A stretch of DNA of 64,000 nucleotides from Azolla caroliniana (Eukaryota > Plantae > Polypodiophyta): assembly GCA_043228905.1 (NCBI GenBank), contig JBHGNT010000002.1:27962001-28026000 (forward strand), in the 5' to 3' direction. A model generated the notes under the pieces. The model saw nothing but the letters and a program-made list of their open reading frames with translations. It searched no databases and had not been told where the DNA came from. Position 1 is the first letter of the stretch, and each line of letters opens with the position of its first letter. Below, piece by piece: positions 23,201 through 36,472 of the stretch. The translations under genes and the position numbers were made by a program.

Positions 23201-25310
23201 ACGATGAGCCTTCATGTTACGATGAAGTTATATTTGCCCACGATCATGCTAAGTGGAAACAAGTTATTCAAAATGAGTTGGATAGTATCCATAAGAATGG
23301 AACTTGGGATTTAGTGCCTTTGCCCAAAGGCAGGAAAGCACTACCATGTAAATGGGTGTATAAGTACAAATACACATCCGATAGTGTTCTTCCCAAGTAT
23401 AAAGCTCGCATTGTGGCAAAAGGTTTTAAGCAAGAACAATGAGTCGATTTTGATGAAATCTTCTCCCTGGTATTCAAGATGACTACATTATGCATGATGC
23501 TTACATTGGTTGCCAAAAAACGATTTTGATTTATTTCAAATGGATGTAAAAACAACTTTTTTGCATGGAGATCTCGATGAAGAGATCTATATGGAGCAAC
23601 CAAAGAGTTTTGAGGTTTATGGGAAAATGCCTTTGGTATGTAAACTTAAGAAATTTTTTTATGGTCTTAAGCAATCGCCTCGAAAATGGTATAAAAATTT
23701 CAATGCTTTTATGAGATCCTAAAGTTATGTTAAGAGTAATGAAGACTCATGCTTATATACAAAGAAATGTATAGATGACTCATATGTGATCTTGATACTC
23801 TATGTAGATGACATGCTCATTGCCGATAAAAACTGAGTTGTCCAAACTAAAGGAAAATCTAAATCAAACCTTTGATATGAAAAATTTGGGAAATGCAAAC
23901 ACATCCTTGGATTGCGTATTGCTCGGGATTGGAGTAATGGATGTATTTATTTGTCTCAATTTGAGAAGTTTAATATGGAGAGCGCAAAGCCTTTGAGCAC
24001 ACCATGATCTATGCATGTTAAATTGAGCAAAGATGAATGTCCCAAATGTGATAATGAAGTGGAGTTCATGAGTAAAATTCCTTACCAGTCAGTTGTTGGT
24101 AGTCTTATGTACGCTATGATAGCGACTAGGCTAGACATTGCATTTGCAATGGGAGATGTGAGCAGCTTTTTTGTCAAACATTGGTAAGAAACATTGGGAC
24201 GCAGTTAAAATGATATTGAGATATTTGAGTGGCACCAAGAATAAGTGTATATGTTTAGGTGACAGAAATGTATTCATTATTGGATATATAGACTTTGATT
24301 ATGTTGGTGTTCTAACAACGGCAAGTCTACGTCGGGGAATATTTTTTAGTTTATGGGGGGTGCCATATCTTGGAGATCTCGTCTTCAAGAGTGCATTGCT
24401 CTATCCACTATAGAAGTAGAGTATATTGTGGCTAGTGAAGCATGTAAGGAAGTTGTATGGTTGTCCAGATTAGCTTTTGACATGGGCATACTTCAACTTG
24501 AACCCATAGTGTTTTGTGATAGTTAGAGTGCCATTGCATTGGCGAAAAACCCAGTATACCATGCAAAGACCAAGCACATTGGAGTGCGATATCACTTCAT
24601 CTGAGTGTGCATAGTTGTTGGTCACATCATTGTTGAGAAAGTTGTCTCTCAACAAAATGCCACAAATGCATTGACCAAACTTGTACCCCATGATGCACTA
24701 GAGCATTGTTGTCACTTGATGGGAATTACTTAGCTCTTGATGATACACACAATTTTATGTATATTTTGTAACATATTCATAAAGTAGGATGGGTAGGTCT
24801 TGTACAATCTTCCCATCACTTTTGTTGATTCCTCGTTTGCCTTGTAAAACCGCGGTTTAAACAGTTTAATGGTTTTTTAGTTTTTTAAAATTTTAAAAAT
24901 TGTTTTTAAACAATGTTTTCATATTCATGCCTTATTCTCACAATTTAGGAAAATCTTTAAAATTTTGAAAATTTAAATAATGAAATATTTTAAAATTTGA
25001 CCTAAGCTGAAAACCAAAACCGAACAACAAAACCGCGGTTTTACCAATTTAATGGCTTTATGGTTTGACAAAAAATTTAATGGATCGATTCAACGGTTTC
25101 GTGGTTCGGTTCAGTTCAGGTTTTTTAAAAATTAACGGTTCGGGTTTGACCGTCTCGAACCGAACCGAACTGTTGCCGATTGTTCAAAAAACAGTCCCCT
25201 CCAAAAACATTTGGACTGTGTCTTTTTCTGTGCTGTCTTTTTTTCTCTGTGCTGTTCAATCACTTCTTCTCTGCAGGAAAAAAAGAACAGGAAAACAGCA
25301 GCTCTTCCAC
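20287..25310 (+). mobile_element. Decayed Ty1/copia LTR retrotransposon (Tnt1-like gag-pol)
   Basis: Gag KFDGSNFALWKNQMRDVL (20845), broken Zn knuckle (~21460), integrase LVHTDVCGPM...YFVTFIDD...[29 protein letters not shown]...[14 protein letters not shown], RNase H NPVYHAKTKHI ending ~24732. Many stops and frameshifts. PBS-like TAGTATCAGAGT at 20391; ~105-bp flanking direct repeat. Outer boundaries tentative. Confidence 0.9.
24843..25184. mobile_element. Truncated AACCG-rich MITE/hAT end, same family as 51152-51286
   Basis: AAAACCGCGGTTT and GGTTCGGTT motifs; ends CGAACCGAACTGTTGCCGATTGTT, matching the right TIR of the 51-kb MITEs. Confidence 0.7.
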
Positions 25311-25376
25311 TTCTCCTTGCTCAAATCGGGGAAAGAAAGAAGCAGAAAGCACGAAAGTGAGAGAGGGAGAGAGACT

Positions 25377-28102
25377 ATGGGAGAAGATTGCAGTTCTTCC
25401 ATTACCAACTTCTGCAAAGAGATCCGTGGTTTCACCTCTCACCTCGAGTCTTCCTGTGCAGCCCTACGAATAGCTGTGGACCAGAAACCTTCCTCTCTTC
25501 CATCTCAAAGTACTGCTCTTCTCTTCCCGTTTCTTTCCCTTCCTTCCTAATGTTTCCACACATATAATATCCGAATATTCATTTTGAGTTTTTTTGTTTT
25601 GTGTAGCATCTCCTATCTGTTTGTTTATTGCATCTGTTATTCCTCTGCAGATCTTCCTTCTCTTCTCACTGCTCTAATTGGTCGCATATCTTCTGCAAAT
25701 CAGGCTGTGGAAAGGTTGGAGTCCAGGACTGTGAACACCATTTCATTCCAAGAGATCCTTGGACACTTAAAGGAGATCTACAAGCAAAACGAGAGAAGTG
25801 TCTCTGCACTTGAAGAGCGGCTGACGGATTATGGGTACACTGCACCAGGTAAAGCGGAACTAAGAAGCTGAAAATTTGTTAAGCTAGCTAGGGGCACTGT
25901 AGCTTTTTTGTCTGACACAGTGTTATACATGTAATCTGATATATTAAGGTTTTAGCATTGTACTTATCGTACTAATATTTTTGATGCGTTAGCCATTGGA
26001 TGTTGCAAATCTTTGACAGTGTCGATGTTTTGAATTTTCTGCTAAGAATGTAGCCTAATGTATGCACTCTAACATGTACTGTACTACATGAAGGTTTGAT
26101 TTCCATTTGCTGGTAAAGTATGTAGTTCGACACACCCATTTTATTACATGCAGTCTGATACGCACATTGCTATTCATGTAGTTTTTATTTCCATCTTCTT
26201 GCAAAGGATGCAGTTGATGTACTCATTGTAATACATGTGGTCTGCAATGTACATCGTCATGCATGTAGTCTGACAGCGCAAGGTGGAATGAATTGCTTTA
26301 GTGTTGTATTTGTTATCACATATTTTTGATAAGTTAGCCCGGCATAATCTGTGTTTTGGATTCTTTCAAGTTGTGAAGAATGTATCTTGATAAAATATAG
26401 TTCATGTTGTCCGATACATTCTAACCATGTGGTCTGATGCATCATATATTCAGCTTGTGAGACTTTTGTTTTGCTATGTTAAATGTAGCCTGATACATTG
26501 CTAGACACAAAGTCAGCTACATACGTGGCACCTGTAGCCTGTAACTTGAAGCACTGTATTGGCCCGATACATATAGCAAAGGAAGTAATTAGATACATGT
26601 AGTCTGGGGCATTATGAGCTGTGATACATGCAGCCTACACATTATAAATAGACTGCTAGGTATAATCAACTTCTGAAGAATACAGCTTGGTACATTATAT
26701 GCAGGCTGATACATTGTAATTTGGGATACATGTAGTTGATACTTTCAAACACACGTAATATGACCCATTATATAAATTTTAATATTGCAGTACATAGGCT
26801 GATTTGCTACACTGGAATACAGAAAGAGAATGTTCTAATTTTACACTGCATTTTAAGTTTACAGTTTGTGGCGTTTAATCCTCTAAATTTATTGGTAGAA
26901 TTCTTTGTTTGCTCCAGATAAAGAGTCTTTTGCAGAGGATATTGGCGAAGATTTGGCTGAAGCAACTTCGGCATTTGTGGACTCGGATCTAAAAACATCA
27001 CATTGTTTGAATGGAGGTGTATTTTCTGTGCTAGAAAATGTTCAGAAATCGCGATCAATTTCCTCATCACTTGGAGAAAATGGACGGTCCCATGCTGATA
27101 CATATGCGGAGACAGTAAAAGAACCTGGACAAAATGATTCATCGTATCCTATCATGTACAAAATTTTCAGTTAACAGATGTCATTACTTGCATTCCTGAG
27201 TGCTCATGTCTGCTCCTTAATTCAGTCTTAGATTCATAGAAACCCTCAGTCTGCAGGATTTAGGGTTATCTGCTGCAGGTCTTGCTTGTTTAGCCCTAGA
27301 AGAAGGTACTTCGTTTTTGGTCAAAATTCGTTTTTGGTACTTCCTCTTTTATATAAGCAAAGGGTCATATAGGTTGTGCATTTAACAGGATCAACTCCTG
27401 TGGTGGATTACAATACACATGTTCGTGTGCTCACTCCGAAGGAAACCGTATTTCAGGAATCCCATGCAGAAGTGTTATCATCAAAGACTCTGGGTGAGAT
27501 AGCGATTGAACGATTATTAGTGCAAGCGAAGACTCCAAATGTTTTTACAACTGAAATTCTTGTCAATGTTTGCTTCATTTGTAGTCAAAGATGAGGCCAA
27601 GGGGTCTCCCACTGTCTCAACCACCAATAAAATTAGGATGCTATTGAAGCCTGTAGATGAAAATGAATATTTCAATAGCCCAACATGGATAAAGTTAAAG
27701 GTCTCTCTTGAGGTATGCTCACCTTTTCAATCAGGTCCAACTCTGGAACTATAGAGTAACACCATGTTTAGCATGTTATGTGATGATTTATACAGGATCT
27801 GAACAATTTTGTGGAAACTATATGTGAGTTCTTTGTCAAGAAAAGAAATGGTTGTGATGGTATTGAACAGGGAGACTATGTCCTTGATCAAGACGATTTA
27901 TCATCTCTAGATGAAGGTGTATTATTCTGCCTACCAATCAGAGCTCCTATTGTTCATATTTTAGTGCTCTGTTATTCTGATACCCTTTTTCTGCATCTTA
28001 GGTGACAAGGTGAAGCCATGCTTGTTATTCCTTGTACGGCTGGGACGCTTTCGGGCTGGCCATGAAAATGGTGCGACAGTATATCATGTTGTACAACATT
28101 AG
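25377..28102 (+). CDS. SKA3: Spindle and kinetochore-associated protein 3-like
   Basis: 8 exons: 25377-25509, 25651-25848, 26918-27143, 27226-27305, 27389-27493, 27585-27712, 27796-27916, 28002-28102. Motifs SITNFC...HLESSC, TISFQEILGH..EIYKQN...LTDYGY and SLQDLGLS..GLACLA match my recollection of plant SKA3. Confidence 0.82.
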
Positions 28103-29203
28103 TTTGAGTTTGATGTATGTATGATCTTAAATGGTTTAATATAGTCAGGAATTCTTATCATTATTATGCCTTAGAACCGGAGCTATGTAAATTAATAAAC
28201 TCTAGATGTAACACGTATTGGAAAGGAGAGTTACATTTCAACAAATAAATGGCTAGGGAGCCATTCTATATTCCCTCTGTATTGGCTCCGAAAAAGTGCT
28301 GATTGATAGTATTGAAATGGATGATGGTGCGCAGGAGAAATAGCCTCCGAGACAAATCAGTGTGTATGTATAAACTTACCTCTATGCTGATAGTTTGCTT
28401 CATATGTATATTTGTTGGATATATATCATTACAACTCCTATATGTGATCATTGCTGCATGTTTTATATTACTAATTGCGTGTTTTATTTATCCTTTATAT
28501 TTTATGTCATTCCTGCACGTTTTATAAGCATTGCTCTAGAAGTGTTAGCTCAAATCATGCTCCAAGTTCACCGTTTACTAATACATATATGTGAGCATGC
28601 AAATTAGCTGTTAAAAAGACATATTTCATCAAATGGTGGTGGTAAGTTAGTGTTTTTATATACATGATAATATCAATTCATATTTGTTCATGACTTGGTG
28701 TAGCGAGGAGTCTTGCTAACACCTCTTTAACAAAACCCTGGTATTATTATTATTCGGAGTTATATGTGAGATTAAACAACTAGGTTGACAACCCTCCCAT
28801 CATAGCATTTGTTGAAATCAAATTTCTCCCAATAATGGTTCCTTCATAAATTAAGCAGTCAGAAACTAATGACCCAAAGTATTTGTCAAGAGCAATGCAG
28901 CTGTTTCGAACTACAGCTCTATTCTTTAAAGACATGCTCTAAGCAGTGTGAAAGTCTGGTTGCTATTAATGCGTCAAATGCCTAATTAAATTCCATCATA
29001 GAATATTATTCTTATATTTCATTGCATGTATTTCATGTTTTAATGCATTCACCTAAATTTTAGTCTGTGGGGATGGCAAATCTCTGTATTTAGATTGATG
29101 GTCATAATTGGAAATTTGTTCTTCCCCACAGAAGTTCAATCGACATGGTAGCTATTTTGTGAAATTTCAAATGAATTCCAATAGCGTTTATATTATCACC
29201 TAA

Positions 29204-29644
29204 TTAGCATAACGTTATTCAGCATTAGGAATGATATTTTGGGAATTTGAGTCGATTGTAAAAAGTTAATCTTTCCTATAAGTAATACTCAAAACCCTAG
29301 AGGAAAATATGGGCTTGTAATATTGTCAAAGAGTTCAAAGAGTATTGATTCAAATATGAACCTTGCTGAGAGTGTGCATAATATCGGTGTGACATTTACA
29401 AACTCTATTTGTCTTTAGCATAACGTTATTCAGTGTTAGGAAAGATATTTTGGGAATTTGAGTAGTATTTATTTAAATGTCGATTGTAAAAAGTTAATCT
29501 TTCTTATAAGTAATACTCAAAACCCTAGAGGAAAATATGGGCTTGTAATATTGTCAAAGAGTTCAAAGAGTATTGATTCAAATATGAACCTTGCTGAGAG
29601 TGTGCATAATATCGGTGTGGCATTTACAAACTCTATTTGTCTTG
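29204..29644. repeat. Recent tandem duplication (~212/228 bp)
   Basis: TTAGCATAACGTTATTCAG...CATTTACAAACTCTATTTGTCTT twice, nearly identical; copy 2 carries a short insertion. Confidence 0.92.
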
Positions 29645-30255
29645 TCTTTGCACAACTTTTGCCATGAATTTTACATTTTACTTTGCATTGTCTCTCATGT
29701 AATTACTATGTTTCAGTGCTAGTGTATGCATAAAAGGACTCTTCATATACTTAATTGAGGCATTCACGTTCTTTGTGGGTGACATCCACATGTATGCATG
29801 AAAACTAGCTAAACAAAGGTGGGCAAGGTATGGATGAATGTAGTTATTCTTGATTGCTATGCACCAACTCATGGGAGTCAACATTTATTATGTCGCATAA
29901 AATGTTGAGGTTAGGAGGACTCAAAAAGACTTGGGTGTGAAAAGGAGGTGTTAGTTGATGACTCTAGCTTGTCAAAGGTTGTGCTTAGTTGAAGAAAACA
30001 CTTACTTAGTTGAGGAAACCCTTGTCGAAGAAACCACTTTTATAGGGAGGGATGCACCTCATTTGCATATAATGCAAATGCTTCTTTCCCCATATGAAAG
30101 TAAAAAAACGGAATAGATTTTAATGTGGCCTCTCTAACAGAGAATCGAACTAAAGGAGTATATTTTATTGCGGCCGTTCTAATAGAGAATCAAACACCGC
30201 AACTCCTACACACATTGAGTGGCCCTAGCCACTAGGCCATTCACTTTTATTAATT

Positions 30256-30298
<43 letters not shown>

Positions 30299-30802
30299 CA
30301 TACATACATATATATGTATGTATACTTTGTGGCTCCCTTTCCTTTGCCCCTTCTCCCGCGTGCTACACATTCTCCCTCTCTTACTTTTTCACACACAATG
30401 TGACTCCATTCTTTATCCTTGTTTTCGCCACTTTTCCCACCTTCAGGCCCACCACATCACGTCTACGACAGACATCTTTCTTTCTTCATCTTTCTATGTT
30501 GCCAAATTTTAAAGTCAAATCAATCAAAGTCCCTAGGAAAAACATGAGCATGTATCACTCACTCACTCACTATGTGGGTATAAAGCTTTTGACGACAGAT
30601 AATAATTGAGAGTGTTTTTTGTCAAAAGAAGGAAGGCTATTTTTGTAATTTGCCTATTCTTTGTGAAGAAGCTTGCTATCGATATCGACAGGGGAGCTTT
30701 CCCCTCCCTCTTCTGCTGTGCCGACTCGATCGCCTGCACATGCTCTGTCTTTGCAGAGCGTTCGTATCTTCATCATTCCTACCCTCCTGTAACCTGCGAG
30801 CA

Positions 30803-33800
30803 ATGTCTAAACCTCTCTCACACGTCATATTTGACCTCGATGGAACCCTCATCGACACAGGTAAGCTCAATATCAGCATTTGACGACGTGTATGCATGTG
30901 TGTACCATCGTTGATCTCTATGTTTCTGGTTGTACTCTTTTCATACGAGTAAGTTACTTTTGTTTTCATAAAACATAAATCCATGTGTTGTATAAACCTC
31001 GTGATTGAATATGTTCCAAAATCTAAAAGTTGCAATGCCATGTCTATTACATGCAATACACATTCATATCTATGCACATTTGCACACTTAACTAAACTGG
31101 AACATACCCATATCCGCATCTACATGCACTCATAAATGCACACACACACACACACAAATGTATATTCAGACTTTTGCATTTTTGAAGCAAAAACATGGCT
31201 AAACAGTACATGGGGATTGTGATGGGCAAGAAAGCATTGCTACAACTTTTTTGCATCAAATGTTCTGATTTAGTCCACAAGAATTGTGTGATAAACCTGT
31301 CAGCATGTATCTGGGGAGGAATTATTGCTTCACCCAAAGCCCCAATAGCTTAGTTACAATTTCATTTTGCGCAAGATCTCTTTGCAATGTAGAAACACAA
31401 ATTTAAGATCTCAAACTCATCTCGACGCAATTTGAATTTTTTATATTTCCACAGAGGCAACTCGTAAAATTTGGTAGATTCATACTACATAAACTAGTTC
31501 CTTGGAAGTTACAGTGCTTCCAAAGGGCAGTAAATGCCAATAGGATCAGGTTCCATTAACTTGGTTGCAATTTCATTTGCTTGGCATGAAACTGTGTGCA
31601 ACATAGACAGACATGATTGAAGACTCAATTTGACATGGCCAGGTAGTTATATTGACCATTCATGAGGACTTTGAGACACTGCTTGGCCACATAGTCTTTC
31701 ACCACGTTTTGTATTTCTTTATTCTTTATCAAGGGTAGGGTATAAAGTAAATGAGAGCCAGAACCCTGACAACATTGCCAGTAACAAAATTCTAATTACA
31801 TCAATTTCAGCAGTATGACACTGATAGCGTTGTAGATTCAAGCCATGTCTTCTTGTATCTTTGTTCTCTTTGAATTGAAGAAGATTCCACACAAGCAGTC
31901 AATCTCTGAGCATGCAGTTAGCCTATTACAAAGGACAGGCCATGCAATTTCTTATATGGAAGAGCTTAACTGACCCTGATAGATAAGGAGTAACTCAGCC
32001 ATGAAATGTAAAAATTCTAGCATATGTAAAACAATAATGCAGGAAAGAGCGACATGCTCAAAGTTTGGGATTGGTGCGTCATCCATTGGGTCTAATCAGG
32101 TGCAAACACTACACAGCTCAGTGACATCACTGATTGGTTTCTCACCTGCCACATTGTGCACTAGTCTGACATAGGTATTTTGCTTTGGCTTCTTGGACGT
32201 GTGCTTCTTTTCTCGGTGCTAATGGATTTCAATTGACATTTAGAAGCTGTCTGTCCTTTCTAAATGCAAATTAAGGATTTTCCACCAAAAACATTTTTGT
32301 TATCAAATGATTTGCTTCAAAGTTCCTTCTGTCCATCCAAACAGTTTGCCTTCAGAGTCTACTTTGTTGCCTCTGAATTCTGTGTACTTCCTAGCAACAA
32401 AGCATTGGCCATGAATGCATTTGCAATCAGCTGTGAAATGTTGTCACATCAGGCAGTGTACAGTAATCCTTCAGTTCTTTGGGTAGATTGCAATAATACT
32501 CTTCAACATGTGCAGACAATGAAGCTGTCTTGAAAGAGAAAACTAGCAATATGGCTTCCTAGAACTTATTTTTGTTTCTTTCTAGATTCTGGAAAATTCA
32601 TCTAGCTTTTCCAAGCTGTCATTAAATCCACATTTAAAAATGTTTCAACCATCCAGCTGAGAAACATTCTTTGAATTGAACCCATGAAGAATGCAGATGA
32701 CTTTGCATGAACAATGTGGTCCATCATGGCAACACGTTATTCTTCAAGAAAGTGGCTACCTGGTGCACTTCATCACTGCACCAGATTGTTGTATGAAAGG
32801 AAAAGCAGTCAGCAGTCAGTTTAGAATACATAGCACTCAAGTTTAAAACGTCAGTATTGTGCTCTTCCAGACAATCCTTTGCATTTCTAAACGTGCCAAA
32901 TGGTCATAAATTGGTACATGTATGAATGGCTATCCAACATTTTTGAGCCCTCATATGTTCTTGTTGTACGGTGAGAAAGTGGGCATGCAAAACACCCTGC
33001 AAGGGCTGAAATGTTTTCACTTTTTCTCAATCACTGATAGCATCCAAGTGACTTTATGTAGGGCCTAACCCCTAACTTGAAAGCGACTTTATAAGTTGCA
33101 CAACTTTATGAGTGGATGCACACTTCTCCACACTCATCGACCAACTGGCCAATCGTCAATCCCATGGCTTACCTAGATTTTGCCAATGTCTGTTTGCCGA
33201 TATAATTGACTCCTAGCAGCATCCCAATTTCTCGTTCCAGACGAATCTGTCCATGGATATTGTGCTGTAGCTCACTACACTATATGACATATTACTTGGT
33301 GAGATGTAAATAATTTATAATCTGATTTTTCTTGTGGAAATTTACAGAGAGGATTATTCACGACGTCAATCAGATTTTGTTCTCCAAATTTGGTAAAATT
33401 TGGGACTCCAAAGAACTGCATAAGGTCATTGGCATGCAACAGTTTGAGGCTGCCAGAGTTTTAGTGGAAGATTATGAGTTACCATGTACAGCAGAAGCGT
33501 TTTTGGATTTATGTGCACCTTTATATAAGGAAAGGTTAGATATCCATTGCATTTTTAGAGTTATCTGTAATTTATAAGGAAATGTTAGACACCATTGCAT
33601 TTTTGGATGGTGTATCATCATTTAAGAAATGCTTATATACTTGCATATATGAAATTTTTTATGCCTCTACTTAAGAGAAGGTTAGATATAAATTGCATAT
33701 AGGAAAATATGTGTATCTTTATGCAAAGAAAAGTTTGATTTCTTAAATATGTTCTTGATCATGTGAATAACATCTTGGAAAACCGTAATGTGAAATGTGT

Positions 33801-36174
33801 AGATGGTCAATGGCCCGACCTCTTCCAGGGGCAGCTCGTCTAATCAAGCATTTCCATGATCATAAGATACCCATGGCTTTGGCTTCCAACTCTTTGAAGG
33901 CTAACATCCTTGATAAATTGAAATATCACCCTGGTTCAACTTTTTCTCGTTATCTCTTATCTGGTTTTCGTTTAATGATTTTTTGTGAGTATCAGGAGAT
34001 GAGTTGGAAATGAAATGCCTTTCAGGTTGGACAGAATATTTTGCTGTGATTGTTGGCAGTGATATGGTGAAACAAACAAAGCCTGCACCAGAAATGTAAG
34101 AACCAGATATAATAAACCAAATACAAAATCACCAAGTCTAGTACCAGAATACATGTAACCATACGCGTAGTCATAAAATCTCCAGCCAGAAATAGATTTA
34201 CTCAGTAATATGGAAGCATAAATTCGGGTACCAGAAACACATTTAACCCTATACATGATTATGAAATTTTATACCAGAAATAGATTCAATCATATACATT
34301 ATCATAATGAAGAAATAGTATGTCATGATCTATTAAAAACCTCCTTTTGTACTGCACAGATATACAACAGCAGCAAAACTACTAGGCGTAGAACCAGAGA
34401 GTTGTCTTGTCATTGAGGATTCACCGTAAACTTTTCTTTTTATTTATTTATTGAAGAAGATAGTAAGGCTAGAACTATGTAAGCTACAAATGTATTAACT
34501 CCTTTAGCTGCAGCCCTGGCGTTATTGCGGGAAAGGCAGCTGGGATGCAGGTAGTCGCGATTCCATCTCTGCCTAAGAAAGAGGCTCATGACAAATACAG
34601 TTCAGCTGATTGTATTCTTAGCTCTCTTCTAGATTTCAAGCCTGAGACTTGGGGTTTTGCACCTTTTCAAGATTGTAAGTTCTTAATCCTGCATCCTACT
34701 CCTACTTACTAGTCTAGCATTTTTCTTTTTAAATACTGAACTGGTGTCATAATTTGTGCTATTGCTATCTTTAAATTCTCAAACTTTACCCTCTGCCAAC
34801 ACAAATTCCTTAAAGAAGGTCATATCTTCATTTCACATATATAAATGAATTGAAATTTTGTTGTGATAAAAGCTGCTGCTGAATAAAATGGATGAAATTT
34901 TGTTTTAAAGTAAAAACATACCATTAACTAAAATGATTGAAAATTGGATAATAGAAACACACTTCTCAAATATTATGAACAGCACAAACATTTCATTACG
35001 CACATGTTTGATATGTTCAAACATATATACAAACTTCAAAAACTATTCATGCTACATGATAACAATTCTATGATGAGCAAATGAATTTGTTTTGTCCATT
35101 CTCCACAGGGGTATGTGATGCTCTTCCTATCGAGCCATGGTATGTGGCTGGCCCAGTTATCAAGGGATATGGCCGTGGTTCAAAGGTCTTAGGAATACCA
35201 ACTGGTATGTTCACATCAAATTTCGTGATTGTGGTTATGTTATTTCCAAGCCTAGTTATTAGAGGAATTTTGATTAATATTAATCTCCAAAATGGGTTTG
35301 CAGCTAATCTACCAACATCATCGTTTTCAACCATCCTTTCAGACTATGTTTGTGGCATTTATCTTGGGTGGGCTGGCCTCTCTAACCGAGGAGTTTTTAA
35401 AATGGTGATGAGTGTGGGTTGGAATCCTTATTTCGACAATTCAGAGAAAACAGTTGTGAGGCCTTAGTACCTACCTATTATGAGGAGTTTGATGAGTTAT
35501 ACTCCTTAAGAATTATGCACATTGTTAAGAAATGTAAAACCATTCCTAATTGTTCCAAAACCAATTATCCTTCCTTCTCTTACTACAGGATGGGCTAATC
35601 CATAGCAGCATCATCGTAATGTTTTCATTTTTGGCTGTTTTCGAACTGTCTTTTGGTGGTTTTTTAAATCCTTTATGTTTTTGGTTCTCCCATATATGTA
35701 CTCATGTTTCTGAACCTCAATCATTTTCTCACTTAAGCTTCCTCATCTCATTTCTCTCATCATATCATGCCATCAGTATTTCAATGTTATAAGAGATTTT
35801 AGATCTAATTCGAGTACTTTTAATTCAAAGCAAGAAAATGAAAGCATTACATTTTCTTTATTTCTTTTTTCAGGAGCCTTGGTTGCTGCATGAATTTTCA
35901 GAAGATTTCTATGGTGAGGAGCTCCGGTTGGTTGTGGTTGGCTACATTCGTCCTGAGGTATTTAATAAGCATTTGGTTGGCTATTTAAAACGTTTTACAT
36001 CACATTATAAGTATTTTTTTTTTATGTCAGGCAAATTTTCCTTCACTGGAAGCTCTTGTTGAGAGAATCCATGAGGATGGGCGCATTGCCCAACGTGCTT
36101 TGGAGGTTTCTCCATACTCGGAATACCAAAATGACCCATCGTTGGTCACATCAGGAAACCGTGGAGAAAATTAA
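30803..36174 (+). CDS. FHY: Bifunctional FMN phosphatase (HAD) / riboflavin kinase
   Basis: 10 exons: 30803-30860, 33348-33534, 33803-33933, 34026-34095, 34360-34425, 34514-34674, 35109-35204, 35304-35455, 35874-35957, 36031-36174. HAD motifs FDLDGTLIDT, KPAPEI, CLVIEDS; kinase motifs GYGRGSKVLGIPTAN, MSVGWNPYF, GYIRPE. Confidence 0.95.
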
Positions 36175-36472
36175 CCCATTTGTATTTAGTATCTGAATTT
36201 AACTTCCAATATGTGTAATTTGATATTTGTAGCATTTACTTTGCATCTATTATTAGAGCAGCTGTAGGAAAAATATATTTAAATCACAAAAAAAAATCCA
36301 TTTTATTATTTGATATGGACAAATGTAAAATAATGAGACCAAATTTTTATATCTGTGCTCATCAGCCTTGTTCCAGGGATGTGTTTGATTTGTACATCAG
36401 TTGAAGATTGAAATTGCAATGGATTTCCAAGTTGTTGTGAAGTAGGTATGTATTGATGATCTCCTTGTCTAT

